The notes: a model not told the origin generated them from the letters alone. A stretch of 64,000 nucleotides of DNA from an uncultured delta proteobacterium (GCA_963827685.1 CAWHBU010000003.1:352001-416000); one strand, 5' to 3'. Positions 31,873 through 43,344 are shown, counted from the stretch's first letter. A program made the numbers and translations.

Positions 31873-32248
31873 CTGGGCACTTCTATGTTACCTTGAACAA
31901 GAACCCGGATTCGAAAAGATAATTGACCTCTTCGAGAAAGCCGTCGAATCCTCTAAACCTCTTTTAATGTGCATTGTCAACTGGGGGGAAGTCTATTACC
32001 AAGTGGCAAGGCGGTTTGGGGAACAAAAGGCCCAGGAGGTTGAACGGCTCATACAGACACTGCCGATCACCCTCGTTGAGGCCAATAAAGAACTTACCCG
32101 GGAAGCGGCGCGCATCAAAGCCACAAAGCGAATGGCCTATGCGGATTGTTTCGCCGTTGCCCTCGCCCGCCTAAAAAAAGCCGAGATTTACACTGGCGAT
32201 CCTGAGTTCAAAGTGGTTGAAAAAGATATTAAGGTTGTTTGGCTATAA
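31847..32248 (+). CDS. vapC: VapC PIN-domain toxin
   Basis: VLDSWA, NWGE, YADCFA, YTGDPEF; TTG start after GAGGAGG inferred. Confidence 0.88.
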   Translation: MAAAKVLDSWALLCYLEQEPGFEKIIDLFEKAVESSKPLLMCIVNWGEVYYQVARRFGEQKAQEVERLIQTLPITLVEANKELTREAARIKATKRMAYADCFAVALARLKKAEIYTGDPEFKVVEKDIKVVWL

Positions 32249-32638
32249 CCAGAATCACAGAACATATATGTTCAGGTCTGTAGGAAAAACATATAGTCAC
32301 GATAACTTCCTGAAGTCAATAAGGCACCTTTCATGCCTTACAATGCAGATTTCAACCAGATATCTTCAGTTCGGGCAATGTGCAGGTATTGGCAAGCTAT
32401 CCGCTCATTTATCGCTTCCTCATCAGGTTGAGAATGATTATATCAGATTTGAAGCGGTAATTAAGACCACCATGGGCTGATGTTTTATTGGGAAAAATAA
32501 GGGGTCCAAAATCTACGAAATGAGTGCTATTAGAATTTGGTGCTATTTTATTTGGCTGGTATATTGATTTTTGCCCCGAAGGACCTTTAATATATGCAAT
32601 AAATGATTGAAAAGAAATATAAATGGAGGATTTAGATT

Positions 32639-34402
32639 ATGGAATATTCAAACACATTCGATCCTCGACGGATAATCAATTCAATTTACGACGGCATCGT
32701 TGCAGTTGATGACAAAGGCTGTATCAGCTACTTTAATAAAACTGCAGAAAGGATTTTTAATATTTCAGCCCACGAAGCACTGGGGTGGTTCATCCTGGAT
32801 GTACTCCCCCATACCGGAGGCAAACTTCTAGACTGTTTAAAAACAGGAAAGCCCTTTTATGGAGAAAAACTCAAAGGGGAAGAGGTCACACTTATCGCCA
32901 ATATCAATCCGGTTATTCAGGATGGCGAAATCTCCGGGGTCGTGAGCGTCTTCCAAGATGTCTCGGAAATCGAGAGAATTTCTAAGGAGCTGGACGTTTT
33001 CAAGAATATGAAGAATTGGCTCGACACAATCATCGATTCTTCTTACGATGGCCTCTGGATCTGTGATCATGAGGGCAAGGTGATTAGAATCAGCAAAGCG
33101 TCTGAAAGAATCAATGGCGTAAAAGCCGAAGAGGTGACCGGAAAGAATATACAAGAACTTGTAGCTGAGGGGCTGGTCGATAAATCAGTGACGTTAGAGG
33201 TCCTCAAGAGAAAGACTGCTGTAACGATGATTCAGCAGGTTAAAGGTGGAAAGAAAATTCTGATAACGGGGAATCCAATTCTTGACGACAAGGGGCAAAT
33301 CATATTTGTTTTAGCTAATGAGCGCGACATTACCGAGCTCGACAATCTGAGAAGTCGCCTTCAAGAGACCCAGGCTCTTGCAAAAGAGTATGTCTCAAAG
33401 CTCTCAGAGTTGGAGTTGAGGGGAGTCGATTTATCCGATATCATTCTGCGAAGCGGAAAGGTACATAGAATAATTAAAACAGCTCTAAGAGTTGCGAAAG
33501 TCGATTCAACAGTGCTTTTGTTGGGGGAATCAGGTGTTGGAAAGGGAGTGATTGCTAAATTGATTCATAAGCATTCGGAACGAAGCACCGGACCTTTCGT
33601 CCGAGTTGATTGTGCAGGAATTCCAGATACGCTGATTGAATCAGAGTTATTTGGATACGAGAAAGGGGCTTTCACTGGAGCGAAGAGCGAAGGCAAACCA
33701 GGTTTCTTTGAGCTCGCTAACAAAGGAACGCTATTCCTCGATGAAATCGGGGAGATTCCTCTAACTTCACAATCGAAGCTCCTCCGATTTTTGGAGGATC
33801 ACGAGATTATCCGTGTCGGAGGAACAGCAGCGAAGGAAATTGATGTTAGGATTATTGCAGCTACGAATAGAAATATCGAAGAAATGGTATCTTCAAAAAT
33901 TTTTAGAGAAGACCTCTATTATCGACTCAACGTCGTTCCCATCTATATTCCGCCTTTAAGGGAAAGACGGGAAGATATATTACCCTTAATCCTTTATTAT
34001 CTTGAAAAATTCAATGAGGATTACAAAAAGAACAAATCTCTTTCGTCAGAAGTGGTTGAAATCCTTTGCAGATATAATTTTCCAGGGAATGTTCGTGAAT
34101 TGGCAAACTTAATTGAAAGGCTCGTAGTAGTGTCCGAAAGTGACCAAATTCAGATGATAGATCTGCCAAGTGAGGTCACAAGCTTTGTTGCTAAGAAAGT
34201 ATCACACCCGCTTATTTCTGAAGGAATTTCACTTAGAGAGGCGTTGAGAAAATATGAAATTTCCATCATCGAAATGACCCTAAAGAAGTATGGGTCTCAA
34301 CGAGAGGCAGCGAAGGCTTTAAAAATAGATCAAGCAACAATTTCCAGAAAGATCAAGAAATGCCTTTTTATCAAACGGGATGATGTAATTTTGCATAACT
34401 AA
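32639..34402 (+). CDS. sigma54-dependent enhancer-binding protein with two PAS domains and a Fis-type HTH
   Basis: [48 protein letters not shown]. Confidence 0.95.
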   Translation: MEYSNTFDPRRIINSIYDGIVAVDDKGCISYFNKTAERIFNISAHEALGWFILDVLPHTGGKLLDCLKTGKPFYGEKLKGEEVTLIANINPVIQDGEISGVVSVFQDVSEIERISKELDVFKNMKNWLDTIIDSSYDGLWICDHEGKVIRISKASERINGVKAEEVTGKNIQELVAEGLVDKSVTLEVLKRKTAVTMIQQVKGGKKILITGNPILDDKGQIIFVLANERDITELDNLRSRLQETQALAKEYVSKLSELELRGVDLSDIILRSGKVHRIIKTALRVAKVDSTVLLLGESGVGKGVIAKLIHKHSERSTGPFVRVDCAGIPDTLIESELFGYEKGAFTGAKSEGKPGFFELANKGTLFLDEIGEIPLTSQSKLLRFLEDHEIIRVGGTAAKEIDVRIIAATNRNIEEMVSSKIFREDLYYRLNVVPIYIPPLRERREDILPLILYYLEKFNEDYKKNKSLSSEVVEILCRYNFPGNVRELANLIERLVVVSESDQIQMIDLPSEVTSFVAKKVSHPLISEGISLREALRKYEISIIEMTLKKYGSQREAAKALKIDQATISRKIKKCLFIKRDDVILHN

Positions 34403-34492
34403 ATGCAATCATGCACATTATTCAATTAACTAATCTTAAAAGGATTTTTTGATTACAATGTTTAAAACAAAACAGTCCATGCACAAATGCAT
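34383..34492 (+). promoter_or_regulatory. Three candidate upstream activator sequences ATGCA-N4-TGCAT
   Basis: ATGTAATTTTGCAT (34383), ATGCAATCATGCAC (34403), ATGCACAAATGCAT (34479). Confidence 0.6.
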
Positions 34493-34625
34493 ATCATTGG
34501 AAGACTCCGATCTTTTTTGTGCTATCCTTAATCTTTAATTCTAAGAACGTTTTTCTAACTAAGTTATCAACTAGTTATACATACAAGATTATACCCCTTT
34601 AAGTCTGTGAATTATTTTTTGCTTT

Positions 34626-34642
34626 TTGGCATGAAATTCGAA
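34626..34642 (+). promoter_or_regulatory. sigma54 (-24/-12) promoter candidate for gabT, with a non-canonical -12
   Basis: TTGGCATGAAATTCGAA: good -24 element, GA instead of GC at -12; next to an EBP gene. Confidence 0.55.
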
Positions 34643-34715
34643 TTCCTCTTGGCCCGACCCCAACCTTTGAATCGATCCTCTAAGAATAATTGATAAAAAG
34701 CGAGGTACATGATCT

Positions 34716-36029
34716 ATGAAAACGAATGAGTCATTGCTTGCGGAAAGGACCCAGCACATCCCTCAGGGGCTTTTTAATGTCCACCCTATTTTTGTTAAAA
34801 AGGCAAAAGGCGCCATCATTACCGATGTTGAAGGTAAGGAGTATATTGACTTTGCCGGAGGAATCGGAGTGTCAAACGTTGGTCACTGTGACGATGAGGT
34901 TTTAAGCGCAGTTCAGGATCAGATTCAGAACTACATGCACACATGCTTTCACGTGGTCATGTATGAACCTTATGTAGAGCTGGCAAAGAGGTTGAACGCC
35001 ATGACACCCGGAAACTTTGCTAAGAAGACGATGTTTACCAATAGTGGGGCGGAGGGAGTTGAAAATGCCGTCAAGGTAGCCCGGGATACTACCGGTCGAG
35101 GGGCTATCATCGCTTTCGACGATGCCTTTCACGGCCGTACCCTTTTGGCCTTAAGCCTCACGAGCAAGATGAAACCTTATAAGTTCGGATTCGGCCCTTA
35201 TGCGCCTGAGGTTTACCGAATGCCTTATGCGTACTGTTATCGATGCGCTTTTGGTTTGGAATATCCTTCCTGTGAGGTCCACTGTGCTTATTTCTTAAAA
35301 GAGTTCTTTCATACCCACATTTCCGCCGAGCAAGTAGCAGCATTGGTTGTGGAACCAGTATTGGGTGAAGGGGGATTCGTGGTTCCTCCCAAAGAGTACT
35401 TTAAAATCCTCAAAAGGATTTGTCAGGACAACGGGATCGTCTTTATTGCCGACGAGGTTCAAACCGGCTTTGGCCGGACGGCAAAAATGTTTGCGCTGGA
35501 ACATTATGAAGTGGCGCCCGATATTACGGTCATGGCCAAGTCCATGGCTGGAGGACTTCCTCTAAGTGCCGTGACGGGGAAGGCCGAAATGATGGATCAC
35601 CCTCAAGTAGGAGGGTTAGGGGGAACTTTTGCAGGCAACCCGGTTTCCTGCCGAGCAGCTCTTGCGGTGCTTGAACAGTTTGAGAAGAAAGACCTTCTCT
35701 CGAAGGCAGAACATATCGGCAAAAAGGTTCACAACAAATTCAAAGAACTCCAGAAAAGGTATCTTCTTATCGGTGACGTCCGAGGATTAGGAGCTATGGT
35801 GGGAATGGAGCTTGTGGTTGATCCTAAGACAAAAGAACCGGCTACCGCTCTCACGAAACAATTGATCAACCTGTGTCGCGAAAGGGGATTACTTATGATT
35901 TCAGCGGGCACTCACAGCAACATCATCCGGCCACTGATGCCATTGATTATCACAGATAGACAACTCGAAAAGGGACTTTCTATCCTTGAAGAGAGCCTAA
36001 GTGAAGTTCAACATTCACAAGATTCTTAA
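34716..36029 (+). CDS. gabT: 4-aminobutyrate/5-aminovalerate:2-oxoglutarate aminotransferase
   Basis: DFAGGIGV, NSGAEGVENAVK, FHGRT, EPVLGEGGF, DEVQTGFGRT, AKSMAGG, GLGGTFAGNP. Confidence 0.92.
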   Translation: MKTNESLLAERTQHIPQGLFNVHPIFVKKAKGAIITDVEGKEYIDFAGGIGVSNVGHCDDEVLSAVQDQIQNYMHTCFHVVMYEPYVELAKRLNAMTPGNFAKKTMFTNSGAEGVENAVKVARDTTGRGAIIAFDDAFHGRTLLALSLTSKMKPYKFGFGPYAPEVYRMPYAYCYRCAFGLEYPSCEVHCAYFLKEFFHTHISAEQVAALVVEPVLGEGGFVVPPKEYFKILKRICQDNGIVFIADEVQTGFGRTAKMFALEHYEVAPDITVMAKSMAGGLPLSAVTGKAEMMDHPQVGGLGGTFAGNPVSCRAALAVLEQFEKKDLLSKAEHIGKKVHNKFKELQKRYLLIGDVRGLGAMVGMELVVDPKTKEPATALTKQLINLCRERGLLMISAGTHSNIIRPLMPLIITDRQLEKGLSILEESLSEVQHSQDS

Positions 36030-36042
36030 ATATCTGGAAACC

Positions 36043-36312
36043 ATGGCTCAGGAACTATTTTTAGATGAATTAAATCAAGAGATTAAGGCAGATAAAAGCC
36101 ATTCCCAAATCATCATCAATATTACAAATTCCCCAAAGCTCCTTGGAGAAGTGAAAAAGATTGTTGAGGGCTTAGGGGCGCGCATCATCGAGACAAAGCA
36201 CCTTTCTCCTAACTTGACCCTCCTAAAGTTGGACGTGAAGGACATGCGGGAGGTGGCCCTTAAATTGACTGAGCAAGGGTTTTTGATTAAAGGAATCAAT
36301 GCATCGCTTTAA
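36043..36312 (+). CDS. Small hypothetical protein (ACT-like fold possible)
   Basis: 89-aa ORF with an alternating beta/alpha pattern; family not recognised. Confidence 0.55.
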   Translation: MAQELFLDELNQEIKADKSHSQIIINITNSPKLLGEVKKIVEGLGARIIETKHLSPNLTLLKLDVKDMREVALKLTEQGFLIKGINASL

Positions 36313-36363
36313 TTTAGATCTATTCGATGAATGCCTTTTGCACCGAAGAGGCTAAGAAATTCC

Positions 36364-37945
36364 ATGATCCTCACCGAGATCCTGAGAAAGGCCATCAAGT
36401 TTTTCCCAAAAAAGCAGGCTATTGTTTGTGGGGGGGGAGCGGTGGACCTATCTGGAATTCTACGACCGTCTCAACCGTCTTTCCCATTCCTTAGCAGATT
36501 TGGGCGTCCGAAAGGATGACAAGGTTGCTGTCCTTCATCCTAACTGTCACCATTTTTTGGAAGCCTATTATGGAATTATGCAGATTGGGGCTATCTCCGT
36601 CCCCATCAACTATAGACTCTCCGCACGGGAGATTGCATTTATTCTCCAAGATTCGGAATCAAAGATATTGATCGCAGATCCCGCATTTGAGGAACAGGTC
36701 GATCCAATCCGAGCAGAGATACAGGGAGTCGAAAAGATTTTCTGGACCGGGCAGAGGAAGGCATCAAAGGATCCCCGGGATTTAGACTATGAAATAGCGT
36801 TATCTAAGGCGAATTCAACCCCATTGCCAGAAACCCCTATCACGGCGGATGACATTGCACAGATTTACTACACAAGCGGCACGACGGGTCGACCAAAAGG
36901 GGTGATGCTTTTACACAAGAACATCTATGCCCATGCTATCGGAACGATAGCGGAAATTCATCTTACAGATAGTGATGTGTGGATTCACGTCGCACCGCTT
37001 TTTCATCTTGCCGACGCTTGGGCCACATGGGCGGTAACGTGGGTCGGTGGGACCCATGTGTTGATCAGGGAATTTGATCCAAGGGCGGTTCTGGAAACTA
37101 TGGAGAGGGAAAGGGTAACGCTCACCAACCTCATCCCCACCATGCTCAATCTGATGGTCAACTACCCCGAGGTGGGAAAGTACGATTATAGTAGTTTGAG
37201 AGTTCTTTTGAGCGGTGGGGCGCCTATTGCACCAGAAGTGGTTCGAAAGATTGCCCAGACCTTCAAATGCGATTATGTCCAGACCTATGGAATGACCGAG
37301 ACGAGCCCCTATCTGACTCTCTCTATCTTAAAGGACCATTTGAAGAGATTACCCGAGGAGGATCAACTTCATTTCAAATCGAAGACAGGAAGGGAATTCA
37401 TTGGCGTCGCGTTGAAAGTGATAAATGACTGCGGAGAAGAGGTTAGAAGGGACGAAAAAGAGGTGGGGGAGATCATTGTCAAGGGAGACATTGTGACGAA
37501 AGGGTATTGGAAACTACCAGAGGAAACCGAGAGATCGATCAAGAACGGCTGGCTCTATACTGGCGATATGGCAGTGATGGATGAAGAAGGTTATGTCACG
37601 ATTGTAGATCGAAAGAAAGACATGATCCTCACCGGTGGGGAGAATGTCTATTCGACAGAGGTCGAAAATATTCTCTATAAACATCCGGCTATCTTAGAGT
37701 GTGCTGTGATCGGTGTCCCCGATTCAAAATGGGGTGAGGCGGTCAAAGCGATCGTAGTTCTCAAAAACGGCCAAAAGGCGACCTCCCAAGAGATCATCCA
37801 ATTCTGCAAAAACTGGATAGCCCACTACAAAGCTCCTAAGTCGATCGATTTCATTGACACCCTTCCAAAAACAGGTTCCGGAAAGATCAACAAGAAGGAA
37901 TTGAGGGACAAGTGCTGGGAGGGCTACGAGAAAAAAGTTCATTGA
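36364..37945 (+). pseudogene. Long-chain fatty-acid--CoA ligase, frameshifted at a G8 tract (36430-36437)
   Basis: MILTEILRK...AIVCGG in one frame, GERWTY...YTSGTTGRPKG...YGMTE...YTGD in the next; removing one G joins them. Confidence 0.8.
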
Positions 37946-38023
37946 GGAAGTTGAGAGAACCATGGGGGATTAGAGCGCTCGATCCCATATAAAAATTCTT
38001 TATATGAGGAAGGGGGGAATTGA

Positions 38024-39289
38024 ATGCCCGAGAAAAAAAATAGGATCAACCCCATTGATGTGGCAATGAAGCAAGTGGATATCGCCGCGAAGAAATTGAG
38101 ATTAGAGCCAGGCCTTTGTGAAAAGATAAAGCAGACAAAGCGGGAACTGACCGTCCATTTTCCGGTCAAAATGGACGACGGAAGGGTCAAGATGTTCACC
38201 GGTTATCGGGTTCAACACAATATGACCCGAGGACCAGGAAAGGGAGGGATCCGCTATCACCCGGATGTCGATCTGGACGAAGTAAGGGCGTTGGCCATGT
38301 GGATGACCTGGAAAGCTGCTGTTGTCAATATCCCTTTTGGAGGAGCCAAGGGAGGTGTTCAGTGCGATCCAAAAAGCATGTCTCTCCAAGAGCTTGAGAA
38401 CATGACCCGCCGATTTACTTGGGAGATTGCGTCGATGATCGGTCCAGATCAGGACATTCCTGCCCCAGATGTCAATACCAACCCACAGGTCATGGCCTGG
38501 ATTATGGATACTTACAGCACACTTAAGGGTTATTCGGTCCATGGGGTCGTCACTGGAAAACCTCTGGAATTGGGAGGATCCCTGGGAAGGTTTGAGGCCA
38601 CAGGAAGGGGTGTGTTTATCACAGCTCTGGAGGCGGCCCGTCATCTCAAACTCCCCATGGGAAGAGCTCGCGTCGTTGTCCAGGGGAGTGGCAACGTGGG
38701 AGGAATTGCAGCCCAATATTTTGATCGAGAGGGGGCCAAGGTCATTGCGATCAGTGATTCGAAGGGAGGAGTCTATAATAAAAAAGGGCTGAATGTCTCA
38801 TCCGTCCTCGACTGTAAGAAAAAGTATTCCTGCCTCATTACCTCAAAAGTCAAAAGTGGGGATGAGATCTCGAATGAAGAACTCTTGGAGCTTGACTGCG
38901 ACATCCTTGTCCCCTCTGCATTAGAAAATCAGATCACTGACAAGAACGCCTCTAAGATAAAAGCTAAGATTATTGCCGAGGGCGCCAATGGTCCAACGAC
39001 TCCTGAAGCGGATGAAATTCTTCACGATCGTGGGATTTTTTTGGTCCCGGATATTTTAGCCAATGCCGGTGGGGTCACCGTTTCCTATTTTGAGTGGGTT
39101 CAAAACCTTCAGGAACTGCTCTGGAATGAAAAGGAGATCTCTGAAAGATTAACGAAGATTATGAAACGAAGCTTTGCCGAGGTGCTCAATATCTCACGAA
39201 GAGAGAAGGTCGATATGAGAACTGCGGCCTTGATGCTTGGCATTGGTCGTGTGGCAGAGGCAAGCAAATTGAGAGGAATTTATCCGTAG
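38024..39289 (+). CDS. gdhA: Glutamate dehydrogenase (Glu/Leu/Phe/Val family)
   Basis: GPGKGGIRYHP, PFGGAKGG, IPAPDVNT, EGANGPTT, NAGGVTVSYFEWVQN. Confidence 0.93.
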   Translation: MPEKKNRINPIDVAMKQVDIAAKKLRLEPGLCEKIKQTKRELTVHFPVKMDDGRVKMFTGYRVQHNMTRGPGKGGIRYHPDVDLDEVRALAMWMTWKAAVVNIPFGGAKGGVQCDPKSMSLQELENMTRRFTWEIASMIGPDQDIPAPDVNTNPQVMAWIMDTYSTLKGYSVHGVVTGKPLELGGSLGRFEATGRGVFITALEAARHLKLPMGRARVVVQGSGNVGGIAAQYFDREGAKVIAISDSKGGVYNKKGLNVSSVLDCKKKYSCLITSKVKSGDEISNEELLELDCDILVPSALENQITDKNASKIKAKIIAEGANGPTTPEADEILHDRGIFLVPDILANAGGVTVSYFEWVQNLQELLWNEKEISERLTKIMKRSFAEVLNISRREKVDMRTAALMLGIGRVAEASKLRGIYP

Positions 39290-39439
39290 ACCCTGAGGAT
39301 GGCTGGGAAGAAAACCGGAGAACCCAAAAGGAATTTCTCTCCAATCCCGATCCTGAATTTTTTGCAAGAGAATTGTTTCCTCGCTACAATTGGGCCGTAT
39401 GTTCTCAAAAAGATAACGATAAAGGAAAGGGAGCAAAAT

Positions 39440-40714
39440 ATGCTCAAGAATGAAATGAGACAGAAACTCTTTGGGCAAGTTGATCATTCTTTTGAAGAAC
39501 AAATCAACTTTCTCTCTAAACTCGTGACCTTCAAAAGCCTTGTCGGCCAGGAAGGCGAGGGGCAGCTCTTTTATGCTCAAGCGTCTCGTGACTTAGGATT
39601 GGAAGTGACTCTGTTTGAAGCCGATAAATCCGCGATTAGAACCCATCCCGCTTATGTGCCGATCGATCTGGAGTATGCGGGAAGACCGAATGTTATTGCC
39701 GAGATGAAGAAACCCAAGGAGGGCCGTTCGCTCATTCTCAATGGTCACATGGATGTCGTCTCTCCGGAGCCGGTTTCCAGATGGAGTGTCGACCCGTGGG
39801 GTGGGACGATCAAAGATGGCCGCCTCTACGGCCGTGGTTCCCTGGACATGAAGGCAGGGCTGGCAGCAAACTTCTTCGCTTTAAAGGCGATTTTAGATTG
39901 CGGTTTTCGCCCTCGCGGTAAGGTAATTTTGGAGAGCGTGATCGAAGAGGAATTAGGCGGTAGCGGAGGAACGCTCGCTTGTCTCATGAAAGGCGTTACG
40001 GCCGACGGGATGATGATTAGTGAGCCGACGCGGCATACCATTTTTGTGACCCATCCCGGCATCAAATATTTCCGGGTCAGAGTTTTCGGCCGTCCGGCCC
40101 ATGCAGCCTTATCCCATGAAGGGGTTAATGCGATTAGCAAAATGGTGCCGATCATTCAAGCTCTGGAAGCGTTGGATCTGAAGCGGGCGAGATCCTTATC
40201 CTATCCCAAGGTGGAGGTCCAAACGGGCAGGTCGTGTAACCTTTCGATGGGGAAGATGTCGGCTGGAGACTGGGTCTCGACTGTCGCCGGCTGGGCGACT
40301 TTGGAATGTCGAGTCGGATTCGTTCCGGGGGAGACCGGACCGCAGGTGATGGCCGAGGTTGAAAAGACTGTTCGCGAAGCTGTCAAGGGCGATGAATGGT
40401 GTTTGCAGCATCCGCCCGAGGTGGAATGGTTCGGGTGGAACACGGATCCATGGGTAGAGCCGGAGGATTCTGCCTTCGTTCAAATGTTTTTAGTGACCAG
40501 TCAAAGCATGATGACTCCTCCTCCCGAGTTGGTCGGTGCTTCCGGGGGCGTCGATACGCGGTTTGGCCAAATGTTTGGGACCCCGTCGATCGCCTTCGGG
40601 CCCAAAGGGGAAAATTATCATGGAATCGATGAATACGTTGATCTAGAATCGCTTCGCAACGTGACCAAGGTCTTGGCGCAGTTTATCGCCGAATGGTCGG
40701 GCATTATGGAATAG
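39440..40714 (+). CDS. ArgE/DapE-family deacylase (M20)
   Basis: NGHMDVV, GRGSLDMKAG, EEELGG, YHGIDE; start re-called at MLKNEM. Confidence 0.88.
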   Translation: MLKNEMRQKLFGQVDHSFEEQINFLSKLVTFKSLVGQEGEGQLFYAQASRDLGLEVTLFEADKSAIRTHPAYVPIDLEYAGRPNVIAEMKKPKEGRSLILNGHMDVVSPEPVSRWSVDPWGGTIKDGRLYGRGSLDMKAGLAANFFALKAILDCGFRPRGKVILESVIEEELGGSGGTLACLMKGVTADGMMISEPTRHTIFVTHPGIKYFRVRVFGRPAHAALSHEGVNAISKMVPIIQALEALDLKRARSLSYPKVEVQTGRSCNLSMGKMSAGDWVSTVAGWATLECRVGFVPGETGPQVMAEVEKTVREAVKGDEWCLQHPPEVEWFGWNTDPWVEPEDSAFVQMFLVTSQSMMTPPPELVGASGGVDTRFGQMFGTPSIAFGPKGENYHGIDEYVDLESLRNVTKVLAQFIAEWSGIME

Positions 40715-40723
40715 GGAGGAACA

Positions 40724-41578
40724 GTGTTCTTTCAACAGCTGACGAACGGCTTGATCATCGGCAGTGCCTATGCTCTAATCTCCACGGGATTGACGATGAG
40801 CTTTGGGATTATGCATTTTTCCAACTTTGCCCACGGGACGATCTTCATGGTCGGGGCTTATTTCATGTATTTTTTTTGCATGTTTCTAAGGATCCCCTTC
40901 TTCTTGTCCGTCGCCCTAAGCATGTTAGCGGTGGGGTCAATCGGGGTAGTGCTGGAGCGGTTTGTATTCCGGCCGACCTACGGGCGGCATTTGCTCGATG
41001 TCTTGATGTCCTTAGGCCTGATGATTTTTTTGGAGAATGCGGTTTTGCGTTTAGTGGGATCGGAGACGCTGAACGTGAAGACCCCTTATACGGATGTCAT
41101 TCTTTCCTTTTTTTCCGCTTCGGTGACCCTCCAGCGGATGATTATTTTTGTGGCCAGTCTGATTCTGATTGCAGCCCTCTATGCGTTTCTGAATTTTACC
41201 CGTATCGGCAAAGGCATCGTGGCTACGGCCCAGAGTCCCAGAGGAGCCTTGCTGGTGGGGATTGACTCATCCAAGGTATATATGATCACCTTTGCACTCA
41301 GTACGGGCCTGGCTGCGGCCGGAGGTGCTCTCTTGGCGCCCATTTTTTATGTCTATCCGACCATGGGGAATATGCCTGTTATCACGGCATTCGTGGTGGT
41401 GGTGCTAGGGGGAATGGGCAACGTTCATGGAGCCGTTGTGGGAGGATTTATTGTCGGGCTGGTTGAAACCTTTGGCGGCGCCTATATCTCTTCCGATTAC
41501 AAGAACGTCTTTGGTTTTATGATTCTCGTCGGCGTACTTTTGATGAGACCCCAAGGCATTTTCGGTAGGAGACCGTAG
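40724..41578 (+). CDS. livH: Branched-chain amino acid-type ABC permease
   Basis: 'NFAHG', 'AFVVVVLGGMG', 'RPQGIFG'. Confidence 0.9.
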   Translation: MFFQQLTNGLIIGSAYALISTGLTMSFGIMHFSNFAHGTIFMVGAYFMYFFCMFLRIPFFLSVALSMLAVGSIGVVLERFVFRPTYGRHLLDVLMSLGLMIFLENAVLRLVGSETLNVKTPYTDVILSFFSASVTLQRMIIFVASLILIAALYAFLNFTRIGKGIVATAQSPRGALLVGIDSSKVYMITFALSTGLAAAGGALLAPIFYVYPTMGNMPVITAFVVVVLGGMGNVHGAVVGGFIVGLVETFGGAYISSDYKNVFGFMILVGVLLMRPQGIFGRRP

Positions 41579-42562
41579 GTGAGAAAATCAACCAAGACGA
41601 TTATTTTGAGCCTGGTGCTTCTGGCTGCGCTCGCCTTTCCGCTAGTGGAAAAAGACTCCTATTACCAGCATCTCATCATCAGCATGTTTTTATCTGCGAT
41701 CAGTGTCTATGCTCTGAATATCATCACCGGTTTTACCGGACAACTTAACATCGCTCATGCCGGCTTTATGGGAATTGGGGCCTACGTTTCCGCCATTCTT
41801 ACGGCGCGCTTTGGGTTCTCTTTTTGGGTGACGATGCCTTCCGTTGCAGTGATTACGGGGCTTTTCGGTTTACTCATAGGATACCCCTCGTTACGGGTCC
41901 GGGGGATCTATTTTTCGCTAACGACACTCGGATTCGGCTCTATTTTGTACATCATTTTTGATAATTGGGTCGCGGTGACTGGAGGACCGATGGGGATTAC
42001 AGGAATCCCTGCTCCTTCGGCGATTCAGCTGTCCGAAGATCTTACCCTTACCTTCTCCACGAAGACTGGATTTTATTATCTCGTTTTGGTCTGGGTTCTC
42101 TTTTCGATCTACCTGAATCGGGAACTATTCAACTCGCGGTTAGGGCGCGCCATGCTGGCGGTCCGCGAAAACGAAGATTTGGCTCAATCGGTGGGTATTT
42201 CGGTTGCCAGGACCAAAGTCCTCGCCTTTGTGATATCGACGGCTCTCTGCGGGATTTCCGGATGCTTGTTTGCCCATTATTTCCGGGTTATCAGCCCGGT
42301 CAGTTTCTCGTTGGGAGAGGTCTTCCGTGTCCTGACGATGTTGGTCGTCGGGGGAATGGGGACCTTATCGGGTCCGTTTTTGGGCACGCTGATTTTTACG
42401 ATCTTGCCAGAGGTTCTGCGCAGTATGGAAGATTATGAAATGATCGCCTATGGATTCATCCTCATGCTGTGTGTGGCCTTTTTCCCCGAGGGCATCATGG
42501 GATATATCAAGCGAAAGATCAGTGAACGGGCGATTCTCTCTGTTTCTGGAGAGAAGAAATGA
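41579..42562 (+). CDS. livM: Branched-chain amino acid-type ABC permease
   Basis: 'GFTGQLNIAHAGF', 'GRAMLAVRENE', 'VVGGMGT'. Confidence 0.9.
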   Translation: MRKSTKTIILSLVLLAALAFPLVEKDSYYQHLIISMFLSAISVYALNIITGFTGQLNIAHAGFMGIGAYVSAILTARFGFSFWVTMPSVAVITGLFGLLIGYPSLRVRGIYFSLTTLGFGSILYIIFDNWVAVTGGPMGITGIPAPSAIQLSEDLTLTFSTKTGFYYLVLVWVLFSIYLNRELFNSRLGRAMLAVRENEDLAQSVGISVARTKVLAFVISTALCGISGCLFAHYFRVISPVSFSLGEVFRVLTMLVVGGMGTLSGPFLGTLIFTILPEVLRSMEDYEMIAYGFILMLCVAFFPEGIMGYIKRKISERAILSVSGEKK

Positions 42563-43344
42563 ACCTCTTGGTCTGCGAAAAGATATCAAGGAATTTTGGG
42601 GGGCTCAGGGCTGTCCATCAGCTGGATTTGACGGTCCAGGAAAAAGAGATTGTCGGACTGATCGGCCCCAATGGATCCGGAAAGACGACCATCTTCAATA
42701 TGGTGACCGGGTTTTTAGGTCTGAGCGGTGGAAGGATTCAATATGAAGGAAAAGACATCGGTCAATGTCCGCCTCATGTGATTGCCGGGTATGGTCTGGT
42801 GCGGACTTTTCAAAAAATCAGTGTCTTTTCCGATCTCTCAGTTTTGGAGAATGTCATCATTGGTCGGCACTTGCATCTCCACTCGAGCTTACTCAGCGGG
42901 CTCGTTCAGAGCCGCAGAAAGCATCTTGAAGACCAGGAGGTGCACCAGGAAGCCTTGCGCATCCTGAATTTTTTGGGCCTCTCCGAGTGGAAAAATCACA
43001 AGGTCAAGAATTTGCCGTTGGGGGGGCTTCAGCGGACTCTAGGAATTGGTGTTGCCCTGGCGGCGAAGCCGAAACTGTTGCTGCTGGATGAACCAGCATC
43101 GGGGATGAATCCCGAAGAGAAGAAACAGATCATCGAAGTGATCCGCAAGATCCATCAGTCGGGTATCACCCTTCTTTTGGTGGAACATGACATGAAAGTG
43201 GTGATGAATCTCTGCCAACGAATTGTCGTTTTAAATTTAGGGGAAGTTTTGGCCCAAGGGAGCCCTGAGGAGATCCAATCAGATCAGAGAGTCATTGAGG
43301 CTTACCTAGGGAAAGGGCATAGGCATGCTGCTGGAACTCGTTGA
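42559..43344 (+). CDS. livG: ABC ATP-binding protein (LivG-type)
   Basis: GPNGSGKTT, LLLDEPASGMN, VEHDM, EAYLG. Confidence 0.9.
   Translation: MNLLVCEKISRNFGGLRAVHQLDLTVQEKEIVGLIGPNGSGKTTIFNMVTGFLGLSGGRIQYEGKDIGQCPPHVIAGYGLVRTFQKISVFSDLSVLENVIIGRHLHLHSSLLSGLVQSRRKHLEDQEVHQEALRILNFLGLSEWKNHKVKNLPLGGLQRTLGIGVALAAKPKLLLLDEPASGMNPEEKKQIIEVIRKIHQSGITLLLVEHDMKVVMNLCQRIVVLNLGEVLAQGSPEEIQSDQRVIEAYLGKGHRHAAGTR

Noticed and set aside
32217-32480. 87-aa ORF after vapC, and the many short antisense/shadow ORFs in the track
   Set aside because: No SD, motifs or family resemblance; most overlap well-supported genes on the opposite strand.
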